A DNA stretch of 64,000 nucleotides. Source: a virus. Lineage: Duplodnaviria > Caudoviricetes. Shown piece after piece: positions 44,215 to 54,094 of the stretch. How positions within the stretch are numbered: position 1 is the first letter of the stretch; each line of letters begins with the position of its first letter. The notes beneath the pieces are model-generated. The model made no database searches, was not told the DNA's origin, and worked only from the letters and a program-made list of their open reading frames with translations. The stretch lies in IMG/VR virus record IMGVR_UViG_3300033076_001139, positions 32,001 to 96,000 of that record; one strand, given 5' to 3'. The position numbers and the translations under genes are program-made.

Positions 44215-45980
44215 CCACGCGCTCTCGTCTCATCACTACGGTATTTCGACCTGACGTGTGGTTTGTAATGCCACCGGCATGCAACGTTGTGTTCCCGGAG
44301 GAGTGCACGAATGTGTCGTATTCACGTCAGATGATGCGTGAAACGACTCGCCTAGAGCTACAGACATTCACGGGCATCCTTAAGACCTCAGGATCGCAGG
44401 TAGACGAAGAACTCATTCAGCAGTACTACTTTGCCCCTGCTCTTGTAGGCGCGGACGGCAGACCCACCCTGCCGGATAAGTTGGGCAAGCCCCAAGAGGA
44501 CGAGAAGGAGGCTGCCCCGCTTACGAACATCATGTACCTCCATGAGAAGTTCACGGGCATCATCCCGAAGATCGAGAGAATCTCGGATACTGCCTTCTAC
44601 GCAGCACTGGAGGCAAACGAGGCACAGGGTGCTACCTCTGTGACACGCGAATCGGAAGTAGCGACAATTGAGCAGTACGCCCAGCGTGTGGCACTGTTTA
44701 ACTTCCTACGCAACCGATACATGGCCAGGCAGGCGAGTGTGTCAGGTAGATTTATGCCACGCCTGGTTGCTGGGTTTCCGGCACTAGTTGTAAATCGACC
44801 AAAAGAAACGGATACCGACGACCCCACGCACTTTGTGGGAATGATCACGAACATTTCGCACACTTTGAACCAAGACGGCGGTACTACTTCTTTTGCGTTG
44901 TCCTACGCGCGCCCTCACACGATTGCAAGCGAGGAGGAGTCATTTCTTCAGTTCCTGCAATCTCTAGAGGAGAACGTACCAGCGATTGATAAATTGATTA
45001 CCTACGGAACCTCTGCGGAGAACACTGCGGACATTGTGCGGATTAATAAGCAACTTCAGGCACTTTCTGCCAAGCTTATAGCAGAAGGAAAAGACCCGAT
45101 TGCTGAGCTATACATCCCGCTATCTCAGGGAGACTATTTTGGGCCTGCGGGGTACGACCCTACGTTGATTCAGGCCAACCTACATCCTACGGCATTCAGC
45201 GCGACTATCGTACTTATGCGCGGAGCCGGCGCAGACTTAGACACCCCCGCTACCGTAGAGGCCCTGTTTGCGGAAGAGCCCTCGGATGCGATGCTTCAAT
45301 TCGCCTTTAGGGCGTACCTTCAGACGGACGATACTGGGCCTGAACCAGAAACCCCAGAGGCGTACGCTAAGCGAAATAACCTGCCTTCGGTTCAGTCTCC
45401 GGTACCTTGGCTTAAGTCTGCGGACGGGAATACCTACCCAATTGTTGTAGCCGTGTACATCAAGCAAGACGCCAGTACGGTAAAGAAGTCGTTTGAGGAG
45501 ATCATGACTCCTCCATGGTTTTCAGACACGTACAAGAACTCTGCTATTGGAAACTACTACCGCAGGCTGCTGGGCTGTGACTCAATGAGTGGACAATTTG
45601 GCGGCGACAGTAGCTCCGTAGAAGCCGCCGCTATCGCTGCCGTTGAGGCATACTCTGGGCTGGATAACGTCAAGTCCAACGCCGGAGACCCGCAGTTTGT
45701 CTACCTCAACACCAAACGAGAGATTCCAACCCAAGCGCAGGTACTAGAGTTTCACCGTTTTGCCTCGGCAGACGCTGGAAAGAGTCCGCTCTACGGGCTG
45801 GATGAGTCGGGCGGTGGTGTCACCGAGGGCAATGAAGGCCATATCGCCCGGAACCGTGTATCTACCGCAGATACGCTAGAACTTGTCGGCGCGGGCTCTC
45901 TAGATCCTCGACAAGAGCGGTATACTGCCGTAAAGTCGTACCACGATCAGCTACTAGGCCGACGGGCCTTTAGAGGTTAA
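44211..45980 (+). CDS. baseplate hub C-terminal-like protein
   Basis: G-FMP-LVAGFP-LV...G-I-NISHT-NQ-GG-T pattern; ATGA coupling. Confidence 0.65.
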   Translation: MTTRSRLITTVFRPDVWFVMPPACNVVFPEECTNVSYSRQMMRETTRLELQTFTGILKTSGSQVDEELIQQYYFAPALVGADGRPTLPDKLGKPQEDEKEAAPLTNIMYLHEKFTGIIPKIERISDTAFYAALEANEAQGATSVTRESEVATIEQYAQRVALFNFLRNRYMARQASVSGRFMPRLVAGFPALVVNRPKETDTDDPTHFVGMITNISHTLNQDGGTTSFALSYARPHTIASEEESFLQFLQSLEENVPAIDKLITYGTSAENTADIVRINKQLQALSAKLIAEGKDPIAELYIPLSQGDYFGPAGYDPTLIQANLHPTAFSATIVLMRGAGADLDTPATVEALFAEEPSDAMLQFAFRAYLQTDDTGPEPETPEAYAKRNNLPSVQSPVPWLKSADGNTYPIVVAVYIKQDASTVKKSFEEIMTPPWFSDTYKNSAIGNYYRRLLGCDSMSGQFGGDSSSVEAAAIAAVEAYSGLDNVKSNAGDPQFVYLNTKREIPTQAQVLEFHRFASADAGKSPLYGLDESGGGVTEGNEGHIARNRVSTADTLELVGAGSLDPRQERYTAVKSYHDQLLGRRAFRG

Positions 45981-45982
45981 AA

Positions 45983-47242
45983 ATGGCCGAGTTTCCTCAG
46001 ATCCAGGCACCGTCCTTCAAGCTCTCTGATGAGAGCAAGGAGCGGCTGCGTAAGGTAGACACTGTGCGGCCCTACGCACACCGTGCTGCTATCTTTGGCC
46101 TGCCGGCGATGGCTTCGGCAAACTACATGCTTCCGCAGATGAAGCGCCGTGGGCTAGCTGTGGGGGCTATTGGGGCTGCGGGCGCTGGCCTGGGGCTGAT
46201 GGATCGCAAGATCGAGCAGCTTGCGGAAGAGCACGAGGAGCTGCGCCCTACTCTTAAGAACTACTCAAAAGGTACCCCCTCTTCTGGAATATCTATGTCG
46301 GCTAAAACTGCTTCCGTGTCTGATCGTGTCCGTCGTAATCAGGACGAGCTGGCGGCTGCTTTCCCGATGACAATGGCTCAACGGGTAGAGCTTCAGAAAG
46401 AGGCCCTCTTGCTGGACCCTAAGACAACGGCGAAAGCTACCGGACAGGCCTTGTCCTTTATGCGCGGTGCAAAGCCTACGCTGATTGGCGCAGGCGTGGG
46501 AGCCGTAGGGGGTGCCGCAGCTGATGGCGAGAACCGGGGCCGCGGAGCACTGACTGGCGCGCTCGTCGGCGGTGCTCTTGGCGGGGGAGCAACTGCCCTA
46601 ACGCGCGCGTACACCCCTGAGCTTCGGGCGGGCATGACTGCCGCTAACCGAGCTGCAATTAGGGGCGGTAAGCCTGTAGGCGCAGCCGACTACACCAAGA
46701 CCTTCAAAGAGGGCTTCAAGAACTACAAGCCTCCCGTTGCGCCTGAAGGCACCGCGAGCACAGCAGCGGTACAAAAACAGACAAGACGCAGTAGAAAGGC
46801 GACTTCTCCGGTTCAACAGCCGGTAACCCAGCCCGCAGTGCAGTCGACTCCTACCCAGACAGCGCAAGAACTGGGGGATATGCGGACGCGTGAGAAAACC
46901 CAATCTGCGCCTGCCTCCTCACTGCGGCATCGTCTACACCAAATGACCTCAAAGGAGGCAGGCATCAACACGATGCATGACGCACACCGCGCAATTGGGG
47001 GACGGCCTCCATACGCCCTCCTCACGATGGGCGGGGAAACCTCGAATGATGCGGTCATAAATCAAATGCTGCGCGCCCTTTTCGCGAACACTGACGCGAT
47101 GCGTAAGGCTACCGAGGATCAAGTCCTCGCAGCCTTCCCGCTATCGGCCCCGTATTCGTACGGGCGTCATCGCGCGATTGGCCGCACAGCGGACGACATT
47201 AAAGCAGAGATTGCGCTGGCTTATACACCTACGCAGAGGTAA
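45983..47242 (+). CDS. putative virion internal protein with KTAS/KEA motifs and glycine-zipper segments
   Basis: AKTAS, QKEAL, SKEAG; GAGVGAVGG / GALVGGALGG. Confidence 0.65.
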   Translation: MAEFPQIQAPSFKLSDESKERLRKVDTVRPYAHRAAIFGLPAMASANYMLPQMKRRGLAVGAIGAAGAGLGLMDRKIEQLAEEHEELRPTLKNYSKGTPSSGISMSAKTASVSDRVRRNQDELAAAFPMTMAQRVELQKEALLLDPKTTAKATGQALSFMRGAKPTLIGAGVGAVGGAAADGENRGRGALTGALVGGALGGGATALTRAYTPELRAGMTAANRAAIRGGKPVGAADYTKTFKEGFKNYKPPVAPEGTASTAAVQKQTRRSRKATSPVQQPVTQPAVQSTPTQTAQELGDMRTREKTQSAPASSLRHRLHQMTSKEAGINTMHDAHRAIGGRPPYALLTMGGETSNDAVINQMLRALFANTDAMRKATEDQVLAAFPLSAPYSYGRHRAIGRTADDIKAEIALAYTPTQR

Positions 47243-47244
47243 GC

Positions 47245-48018
47245 GTGTCACTCCGCGACGCACTCGAGCAGATGCTCGACAAAGCAGCGGCGGCAGGTCC
47301 TGAACGGGCCGGTCGCCGACAGAAGGAACTTGAGCTTTGGAAGACGTGGAAGGACTCCAACCACGATCCAGAGCACCTGGATCCTTTGCTGACTTCGTTG
47401 CAGCCGTTGATGACGCAGCACGTGAATCGGTACGCAGGGAACGTACCCATCTCACGCCCCGCATTAGAGAATGAGGTCACCCGGCTGACCGTCCGTGCGC
47501 TCAAGAGCTACAAGCCCGACCGGGGTGCCCAGCTCAGTACGTTCGTGACAGGCCAGCTCAAGGGCATCAACCGCTTCGTGACGCAGCACCAAAACGTGTC
47601 GCGCATCACGGAGGAACGGTCGCAGAAGATCGGTCGTTACCAGCGCGCGCACACCGCGCTGAACGAGTCCCTTGGTCGCCCGCCCACGGCACAGGAAGTT
47701 GCCGACGAAATGAAGGTCTCCGTGCGTATGGTCAATCGCCTCTCGCAAGAGATGCGGTCTGACCTTCTGGGCTCCGGCTCAGAGCACGACCCATTCTTGG
47801 ACGAAGAGCCCAAATCCCGCGAAGTGCTGCGGCTGATGTACCCGTACGCCTTCTCACCTGATGAGCAGAAGGTGTTTGAATACCTTCTCGGCCTTAACGG
47901 CAAGGAGAAGGAACTGAAGACGGGCAAGATTGCTCGTGCGTTGGGCTGGTCGGACTCCAAGGTCAGCCAGACTCGCGCTGCAATTGCGAACAAGGTTAAA
48001 CCGTACCTCAATGGGTAA
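47245..48018 (+). CDS. RNA polymerase sigma factor, FliA/WhiG (sigma28)-like
   Basis: region 2 ALKSYKPDRGAQLSTF; region 3 LGRPPTAQEVADEM; region 4 IARALGWSDSKVSQ. Confidence 0.9.
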   Translation: MSLRDALEQMLDKAAAAGPERAGRRQKELELWKTWKDSNHDPEHLDPLLTSLQPLMTQHVNRYAGNVPISRPALENEVTRLTVRALKSYKPDRGAQLSTFVTGQLKGINRFVTQHQNVSRITEERSQKIGRYQRAHTALNESLGRPPTAQEVADEMKVSVRMVNRLSQEMRSDLLGSGSEHDPFLDEEPKSREVLRLMYPYAFSPDEQKVFEYLLGLNGKEKELKTGKIARALGWSDSKVSQTRAAIANKVKPYLNG

Positions 48019-48235
48019 GTGGAAAAACGGTGCGCCGCTTGATGCGAACGGTTCTACGACCGGGCGCGAAGGGCTGCGCACCGCGATTCGCACCTACATC
48101 GATGATGCACGAAAGGTGTTGGAGAAGGACAGGGATTACCTTGTGGAATATTCCAAACGACTTTCAAACCGTGACATCCTTGAAAAGGACATGTCGCAAC
48201 TGACGGCCGACGAATTGGACAAGATACTGTCCTGA
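48011..48235 (+). CDS. small hypothetical protein
   Basis: overlaps the sigma stop; ends DELDKILS. Confidence 0.65.
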   Translation: MGKWKNGAPLDANGSTTGREGLRTAIRTYIDDARKVLEKDRDYLVEYSKRLSNRDILEKDMSQLTADELDKILS

Positions 48236-48314
48236 CGAAGAGCGAGGGCAGCTAGGTGCTGCCTTCCTTTTAGCTGGGTGTGCTTGTATCCTGCGAGGTG
48301 CGCAGGAGGCGCAC

Positions 48315-48539
48315 ATGTCAATCGAGTTCAAGTGTGACAACATAGCGTTCTCAGCGTTCTTGTTGTCGCGTGGGGTGCCGACTAGTTCGCACTTCCAACG
48401 CGGCCGCAAGATCGTCTGGGTTTTCAACATCAATCAGGAGGATCTAGCTCAGGCCCAGGCCGACTGGCCGCAGTCCGCGGAATGTCGGTTCTTCAACAGC
48501 TACCTCACCCTAAAATCTCATCTTCGCGAAAGGGCTTGA
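48315..48539 (+). CDS. DUF5659-like protein
   Basis: D--FSAFL---G.....GR---WVF; AGGAGG RBS. Confidence 0.7.
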   Translation: MSIEFKCDNIAFSAFLLSRGVPTSSHFQRGRKIVWVFNINQEDLAQAQADWPQSAECRFFNSYLTLKSHLRERA

Positions 48540-48563
48540 CGCTAGATGATCCGCGTGTATAGT
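48536..48563 (+). promoter_or_regulatory. sigma70-type promoter
   Basis: TTGACG-N16-TATAGT ahead of 48674. Confidence 0.7.
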
Positions 48564-48673
48564 CATCTCACTACAGCGCCCAAGGCGCCCCGCCAGAAGT
48601 AGCGGTGAATAGATCGCACCAATGAAGTGCGCGACGGGAATCTCGTCACCATTCACCATAAAGGACTACTATC

Positions 48674-50815
48674 ATGGCTACCCGCTTGTTCGAGCGCGTC
48701 GTTAAGGCTAACGACACCGCTCAGTTCCAGTTTGCCGGCAATGCTGCTGGCGAGACCTGGACCCCGCACCTCTTCGAGGTTGCGGCCGATGGAACGGTTG
48801 TTGAGCTTCAGGCTGGCCTGAACCTCGCCTCCGCCTCCGCTATCGCCAACAGCAAGTACTACAAGGTCTCCGTTGCCCCCGCGGCGATGACGGCCGGTCG
48901 TACGTACTTCGTGGAGATGATCCGCGAGGGTGACAACGCCTCGATCCGCCTGCCCGCGTACGCGTACGATGCGGCCGATGACATCGGTCTTGCTTCGGAC
49001 GGTACCGACAAGGCAACGGTCTTTGGCAAGATCGCCAAGGCGCGTACCGATATCGGCAGCGACATCTCGGCACTGTCTAACAAGATCGGCCCGATGGGCG
49101 CGAGCACTCTTACGTCGCTGTCACTCGTTCTTGGTGTTGCCGGGTTCGAGACAGCACAAAAGAGCCTGCACAGCTACCTCACGGACCCGACCTTCGGTCT
49201 CTCGCAGCTGCGCACGCAGATTGACGAGCTATCGAAGGACCTGAACAACGAGGTCGCCACCTCGTTCAACGGCGTAGCCGGAGTCACCACGACAGCTACG
49301 GCCCTCCGCAAGATCTACGATGCCGTCGACCAGGTCGAGGGCTGGGTAGACCAGGCCGAGGCTAAGAGCGACGACATTCTCGGTCGCCTTGGTGGCAGTG
49401 CGTCAGCTATGGCGTTCACTGCGCCTATCCTCTCAGGGATCACGAACGTTCAGGGTGCCCTGAACGCTCTTGGTCTGGAGATGGGCGACACGAGCGGCGG
49501 TGACTGGGGTACCAAGATCGTTAATGGCAGCCCCGTAGCGGTTACCGCTCCCGAGACGCAGGCAGCAGCACTTGCCAAGATCTACAAGGACACGATGCTT
49601 GCCTTCGGGGACATCCGTGGTCTGGTCGATCAGGTTGAGGGCTACACCGACCAGCTAGAGGGACTCGTTGGCACGTCCTCACTGACCGTCAACGGCACGG
49701 TGTTCGGCGATATCGAGAAGGTGTACAACCGTATCGGCTCCGCGTCTGGCATCTCCAACGGCAACACGGTAGCGCAGGACCTGAAGGCTCTCTACGACGT
49801 CCTGAAGACTGCAAACACCGGTATGGAGGCCGTGCTCGGGGCGGTCAAGCTTGAGCAGGGCCAGCTCGCTGGTACGGGTAAGCCGTTCCAGGGCATCATG
49901 CTGAACAACGTGCAGGTAGCCAACCAGGCTGAGGCGCTCAAGGTCATCTACGACGCAGTTGGCAATGCGAACTCCGCAGTGTCTAACAACGTGTGGCAGA
50001 CCGAGATCGTCGCAGCGTCGGCTCCCGGAGCAAACGATGCGGTTGATGCGAAGGCGGCTCTTGCCGACGTGTACACCGAGATCAACAGTGCGGCCCACGG
50101 CCTCGCTGCGATCAAGCAGGACACCTATAACCTCGGGCAGGCCGTCGGCACCAAGCCGGAGGGTAAGGACCTGTTCGGGCTTATCGGTCTTCCGGCCGAT
50201 ACCGCGGCCGCGACTACGATCTTTGGTCGTCTCGCTGCAATGCTCGACAAGGCTGATGCGACGAACAGCGGCCGTAACGCGGCGCTCACCCTGTCCCTAA
50301 TCCCGTCAATCTCGGCACCGCTCAGCGGATCGGTAGCCGTGAAGTTTGGGGTTAAGGTCACGAGCCCGTTCACGGTGCAGGGCGTTGCAGGTGCGCTTGA
50401 GGATCCGGATACGCACCTCACCGAGGGGTACACCTTCGCGCACGTCAAGGCCGAGGGGTCGGATGGCAAGTCCTGGGGCGCTCGTCTGTTCTCAGACGCT
50501 GCGATGACTCAGGCGCTTGTTGTGCGTTCGCACTCGGAAGAGCCCACTCAGTCAGCCGTAGCAGTCGACGACAAGTCGGGCACCCCCTCGGCTGTCGAGA
50601 TGTGGTACCGCCTTGCACGTACGTCTGTGGGCCTGTACCACTGCTTCGTGAAGGTCCTTGCTGCCGACGGCGGCAGCAAGGATGGCTCACGCGTCGAGCT
50701 AACTGCGCAGATCCGCGACAGCGATCCGACGCAGGTGCCGGCCGTGTTCAGCGACTCGAAGCCGCTGACCGTCCTGCCGCTCTCAGTCGGTAGCACCATC
50801 GGCTCGTTCCACTAA
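48674..50815 (+). CDS. fibre-like virion structural protein with helical repeats
   Basis: repeated AL-KIY and VDQVEG-xDQ units; strongly GC3-biased codons. Confidence 0.7.
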   Translation: MATRLFERVVKANDTAQFQFAGNAAGETWTPHLFEVAADGTVVELQAGLNLASASAIANSKYYKVSVAPAAMTAGRTYFVEMIREGDNASIRLPAYAYDAADDIGLASDGTDKATVFGKIAKARTDIGSDISALSNKIGPMGASTLTSLSLVLGVAGFETAQKSLHSYLTDPTFGLSQLRTQIDELSKDLNNEVATSFNGVAGVTTTATALRKIYDAVDQVEGWVDQAEAKSDDILGRLGGSASAMAFTAPILSGITNVQGALNALGLEMGDTSGGDWGTKIVNGSPVAVTAPETQAAALAKIYKDTMLAFGDIRGLVDQVEGYTDQLEGLVGTSSLTVNGTVFGDIEKVYNRIGSASGISNGNTVAQDLKALYDVLKTANTGMEAVLGAVKLEQGQLAGTGKPFQGIMLNNVQVANQAEALKVIYDAVGNANSAVSNNVWQTEIVAASAPGANDAVDAKAALADVYTEINSAAHGLAAIKQDTYNLGQAVGTKPEGKDLFGLIGLPADTAAATTIFGRLAAMLDKADATNSGRNAALTLSLIPSISAPLSGSVAVKFGVKVTSPFTVQGVAGALEDPDTHLTEGYTFAHVKAEGSDGKSWGARLFSDAAMTQALVVRSHSEEPTQSAVAVDDKSGTPSAVEMWYRLARTSVGLYHCFVKVLAADGGSKDGSRVELTAQIRDSDPTQVPAVFSDSKPLTVLPLSVGSTIGSFH

Positions 50816-50902
50816 TCTATAGTGGACGAACCCGAGTTGGGTGAGTAAGATGTCCGGGGAAGGCGACTTCCCCGGACATTCTTACTTAGGAGCACGGGTT
50901 CA

Positions 50903-51313
50903 ATGAAGAGAAACTGGAAGTTTGTTGGCGGCCCCAAACCGGCACGCACTAGCCTTGCGGCGGCAGTATCTGCGGTCATGGAGAAGCACGAGGGAGAGGT
51001 CGCCATCTTCGACGCGGAGACGGGTAAGCTCTACGACCTCACGGGTTCTGCGTTTCCTGAGATCTCAGCATTTCAGCAGGGACATATTGTGACGCTGCTG
51101 GGCACGCTGTTCTCGCACCTGATGCACGACATGCCGGTGGAGCGCCAGTATTTCCTGCCGCTGATGCTCCGTATCGGTGACCCGATCATGGGTGAGGTAC
51201 GTGGTTTCGCTGCGGAGTATGGGCAGGCACTCCTTGAGCTACAGAAGCTTGAGGAAGCAAAGAAGGAGGCCGAGAATGTCGACGCACGTGGACCTGAGTC
51301 TAGCGAAGTCTGA
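50903..51313 (+). CDS. hypothetical protein
   Basis: AGGAG RBS. Confidence 0.7.
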   Translation: MKRNWKFVGGPKPARTSLAAAVSAVMEKHEGEVAIFDAETGKLYDLTGSAFPEISAFQQGHIVTLLGTLFSHLMHDMPVERQYFLPLMLRIGDPIMGEVRGFAAEYGQALLELQKLEEAKKEAENVDARGPESSEV

Positions 51314-51815
51314 GGACGAAGTCCTGCTGATCTGGGCCAGATACCTGCTCGGCGAAGTAATGCGGCAGCGTGAGAACCAAGAAGAAGCCCTCACGTCCCG
51401 TATTTACGTATTCGAAAAGAATGATGACGGTGTCAGCATCCTGCCGACTATGCCGGATGCCCTCCTTGGCCTTCCATCTCGACCTGAGCCTGCACTAGCA
51501 GTTCTTGGGGAGAAAGCCGTAGGGTATCTGGTCATGTTGCCGACGGCTCCAATTCCGGAGGCGGCCTGGGCTGGTTTATCCCCCGTGTTGTCAAAGGAGC
51601 AGTCGGCCGGAATCCCACTCTCAGTACCGACTGAAATTCTTCCGTTCGACAAACCGTACACCCTGTGGCTATCGGCGGCGTTTTACTCGCAGACGATCGA
51701 GAGAACATTCTGCGCAGGGCTTCTGGACGATAAGTTCAGCGAACTGAAGGAAATCGACGGTTCATTTGGTGGGTCGCTTGCTAACCTACGAGGTATTGGA
51801 ATTCGCACCGCGTAG
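51276..51815 (+). CDS. hypothetical protein
   Basis: AAGGAGG RBS. Confidence 0.7.
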   Translation: MSTHVDLSLAKSEDEVLLIWARYLLGEVMRQRENQEEALTSRIYVFEKNDDGVSILPTMPDALLGLPSRPEPALAVLGEKAVGYLVMLPTAPIPEAAWAGLSPVLSKEQSAGIPLSVPTEILPFDKPYTLWLSAAFYSQTIERTFCAGLLDDKFSELKEIDGSFGGSLANLRGIGIRTA

Positions 51816-51849
51816 AGGGTATGTAGGTAGCTACACGCCGAGGCAACGA

Positions 51850-52503
51850 ATGCAGTACAGAGACCGCGTCCTAGTAGGAACTCCCATACCGTTGGTATTC
51901 AAGTTCCGACCTGGGGCGCAGGTCTCTTGTGCTATTCAGCACTCCGACAATCCAGCGGTGTCCGTTCAAATTGATCTAGTAGAGGTTCCGTCTCCGGCAG
52001 CAGAGACGTGCTTTTATGTAGGCTCGTATGTCCCAGCAACAGTCGGCTGGTACTACGCCACCGCGCTGCTAGTCGCGGGGGACGCGTCAGTTGGAATGGA
52101 CGCTACTAGGTTTTACTGCTACGCGCAGGAGGACGACCTGCCATCCAATATCGGGGAAGCGGTCGTCCAAGAAATACAGGTAAAGGTTGGCAGCCAGGCA
52201 TCCCTGGCGTATCGGGGCCTTCCTGACCTTACAGTAGTCGGCCGCGCAGTTTACGAGGCCGACACGGCTACCCCTGACGCCTCTGGTCTTGCGGTTCCAT
52301 TTTCGCCGCAAACTGTGCCTACGGGGTTCTCTCCCCTGTACCTTGCCTCGTTCACTCCGACTCGAGAAGGCAAGTACTACGTATACGTCAAGACGACCCC
52401 AGCGGGCGGTGAGGCGTTAATCGTAGTGAACGCGTTCAAGACGCTTCCCTACAGCCGCGCGGCTGGTACCATTAAGTCTTCCGCTACCTCTACGGTGACC
52501 TGA
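51850..52503 (+). CDS. tandem Ig-like domain virion protein
   Basis: two Y---F/Y-P---G-YY-V units. Confidence 0.65.
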   Translation: MQYRDRVLVGTPIPLVFKFRPGAQVSCAIQHSDNPAVSVQIDLVEVPSPAAETCFYVGSYVPATVGWYYATALLVAGDASVGMDATRFYCYAQEDDLPSNIGEAVVQEIQVKVGSQASLAYRGLPDLTVVGRAVYEADTATPDASGLAVPFSPQTVPTGFSPLYLASFTPTREGKYYVYVKTTPAGGEALIVVNAFKTLPYSRAAGTIKSSATSTVT

Positions 52504-53183
52504 TGGCACGAATTGTTGGACGCCCTAATGTCTTTACGCTGAGCATCGCGCTCTCTACTGGCTCGGGCGATATTCCTACGGACGCAGATGCTACACCTAC
52601 CGCCGTAATTACGACAGATACGGGCGCGTCCGTTATTTCGTTTTCCGCCTCCGACGTGTCTCATCCTGCGCTGGGTACCTACCGCGTGTCCTGGACGCCC
52701 CAGATTGCCGGTAGCTACACCATCGTCTGGGCATTTCTGGTTGACGGTTCCTCGTTTGAGAACCGGGAATCCTTCACAATTGTCCGCGTCACGTCGGACA
52801 ACACCGCTACCGAGCAGCAAGAGCCCAGTGTCGGATACGGAAATACCTGCAAAGTTACCGGCACATTTCTGAGTGCGCGCGGGGACTATCAGGTAGGGGT
52901 GCACGTCCGGTTTACCCCCGCGTTCGGCCCCACGTCGATTACGAACCTTGGCATTATCTCGCGGGAATCGACGGTCCAGACCGACACGCAAGGCCGGCTG
53001 GAGATGTACTTGCTCAAGGGCCAGCGAGGCACCATCGCGATCTCAAATCTAGGCCTCGTGCGCGAAGTCGAAATTCCGGACGCGGCTGAGATCGACATCT
53101 TCGAGCTGATGGCTACCGCCGATGACCCCCTAGCTGTGCAGGTTGCGGACACGTATCCCCTCATCCGCCGGAGCCTGCCATGA
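52503..53183 (+). CDS. Ig-like/BppU-like virion protein
   Basis: GTYRVSWTP--AGSY-IVW; TD-QG. Confidence 0.65.
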   Translation: MARIVGRPNVFTLSIALSTGSGDIPTDADATPTAVITTDTGASVISFSASDVSHPALGTYRVSWTPQIAGSYTIVWAFLVDGSSFENRESFTIVRVTSDNTATEQQEPSVGYGNTCKVTGTFLSARGDYQVGVHVRFTPAFGPTSITNLGIISRESTVQTDTQGRLEMYLLKGQRGTIAISNLGLVREVEIPDAAEIDIFELMATADDPLAVQVADTYPLIRRSLP

Positions 53184-54082
53184 TCCCCGTAACGTTTGTT
53201 GTGGTGGATGACTCCATTCCTTCTGGTCTTGCACTGGAGGGCGTTCTTGTTCGTGTTTACTCCGAAGACGGCACAACGTTTATTACGGAGGCCAGCACGG
53301 ATGCAGACGGGCGCCTAACACTGGACCTGCCGGATCTCACGACCTACTGGGTTCGCTTTTTCAAGGTCGGCTACGCGTTTAACTCCCGTTCGACGATTTC
53401 CGTGGACGGTTCACTGCTGAACTCGTTTGATGTAGTGGCGCGCAACCTGACGACGCACTCCTCCGCTACGGACCTAAACCTGTGCAGGGTCAGTGGCTAC
53501 CTGCTAAACGGCTCCGGCGTGCCTACGCCAAACGTGACCCTGTACTTCATGCTCACAGGTAAACCGCGCGTAGTCGGCGGCCGAGCCATGCTGCCCTCAA
53601 AGGTCTACGCAACCACCGATAAAAGCGGAAAGGTGTCGGTGGACCTCGTACGGAACGGCGTCTATGACGTCTGGGCAGCGGGCACGGATGACACGGTCTA
53701 CCGCGCGGTTGTACCCGACTACCCGAATGTGGACATCACAGATCTGCTATTCCCTATTGTGACAACTCTATCCCTAGAAGTGCCCTCCGTAACAATCGCC
53801 AAGGAGGACTCCGTGAGCGTAGATGTCCTCGCTGAGTTGTCCAGCCGCGTAGACATCCCGTACCAGCTAGACGGAGGGGACAGTGTCAGCCTCTCGTCCA
53901 TCCTATCGATTGTTACTACTGGCTCCGCCGCCACGGCGTACTTCAAAGACAGTAGCTTATTTGTAGTAGGGCAGGCCGCTGGCACCTCAACTGTGACGCT
54001 GAGTGTCCGCAACAATATCTTCGCGTTACGGCAGCCGGCGGCAGATACCCTAACGGCTGACCTCGCTGTCACTGTGACTTGA
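53180..54082 (+). CDS. carboxypeptidase-regulatory-like/Ig-like virion protein
   Basis: LEGV-VRVY...TDADG...KVGY; TTDKSG. Confidence 0.7.
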   Translation: MIPVTFVVVDDSIPSGLALEGVLVRVYSEDGTTFITEASTDADGRLTLDLPDLTTYWVRFFKVGYAFNSRSTISVDGSLLNSFDVVARNLTTHSSATDLNLCRVSGYLLNGSGVPTPNVTLYFMLTGKPRVVGGRAMLPSKVYATTDKSGKVSVDLVRNGVYDVWAAGTDDTVYRAVVPDYPNVDITDLLFPIVTTLSLEVPSVTIAKEDSVSVDVLAELSSRVDIPYQLDGGDSVSLSSILSIVTTGSAATAYFKDSSLFVVGQAAGTSTVTLSVRNNIFALRQPAADTLTADLAVTVT

Positions 54083-54094
54083 CCAGGAACTCCA

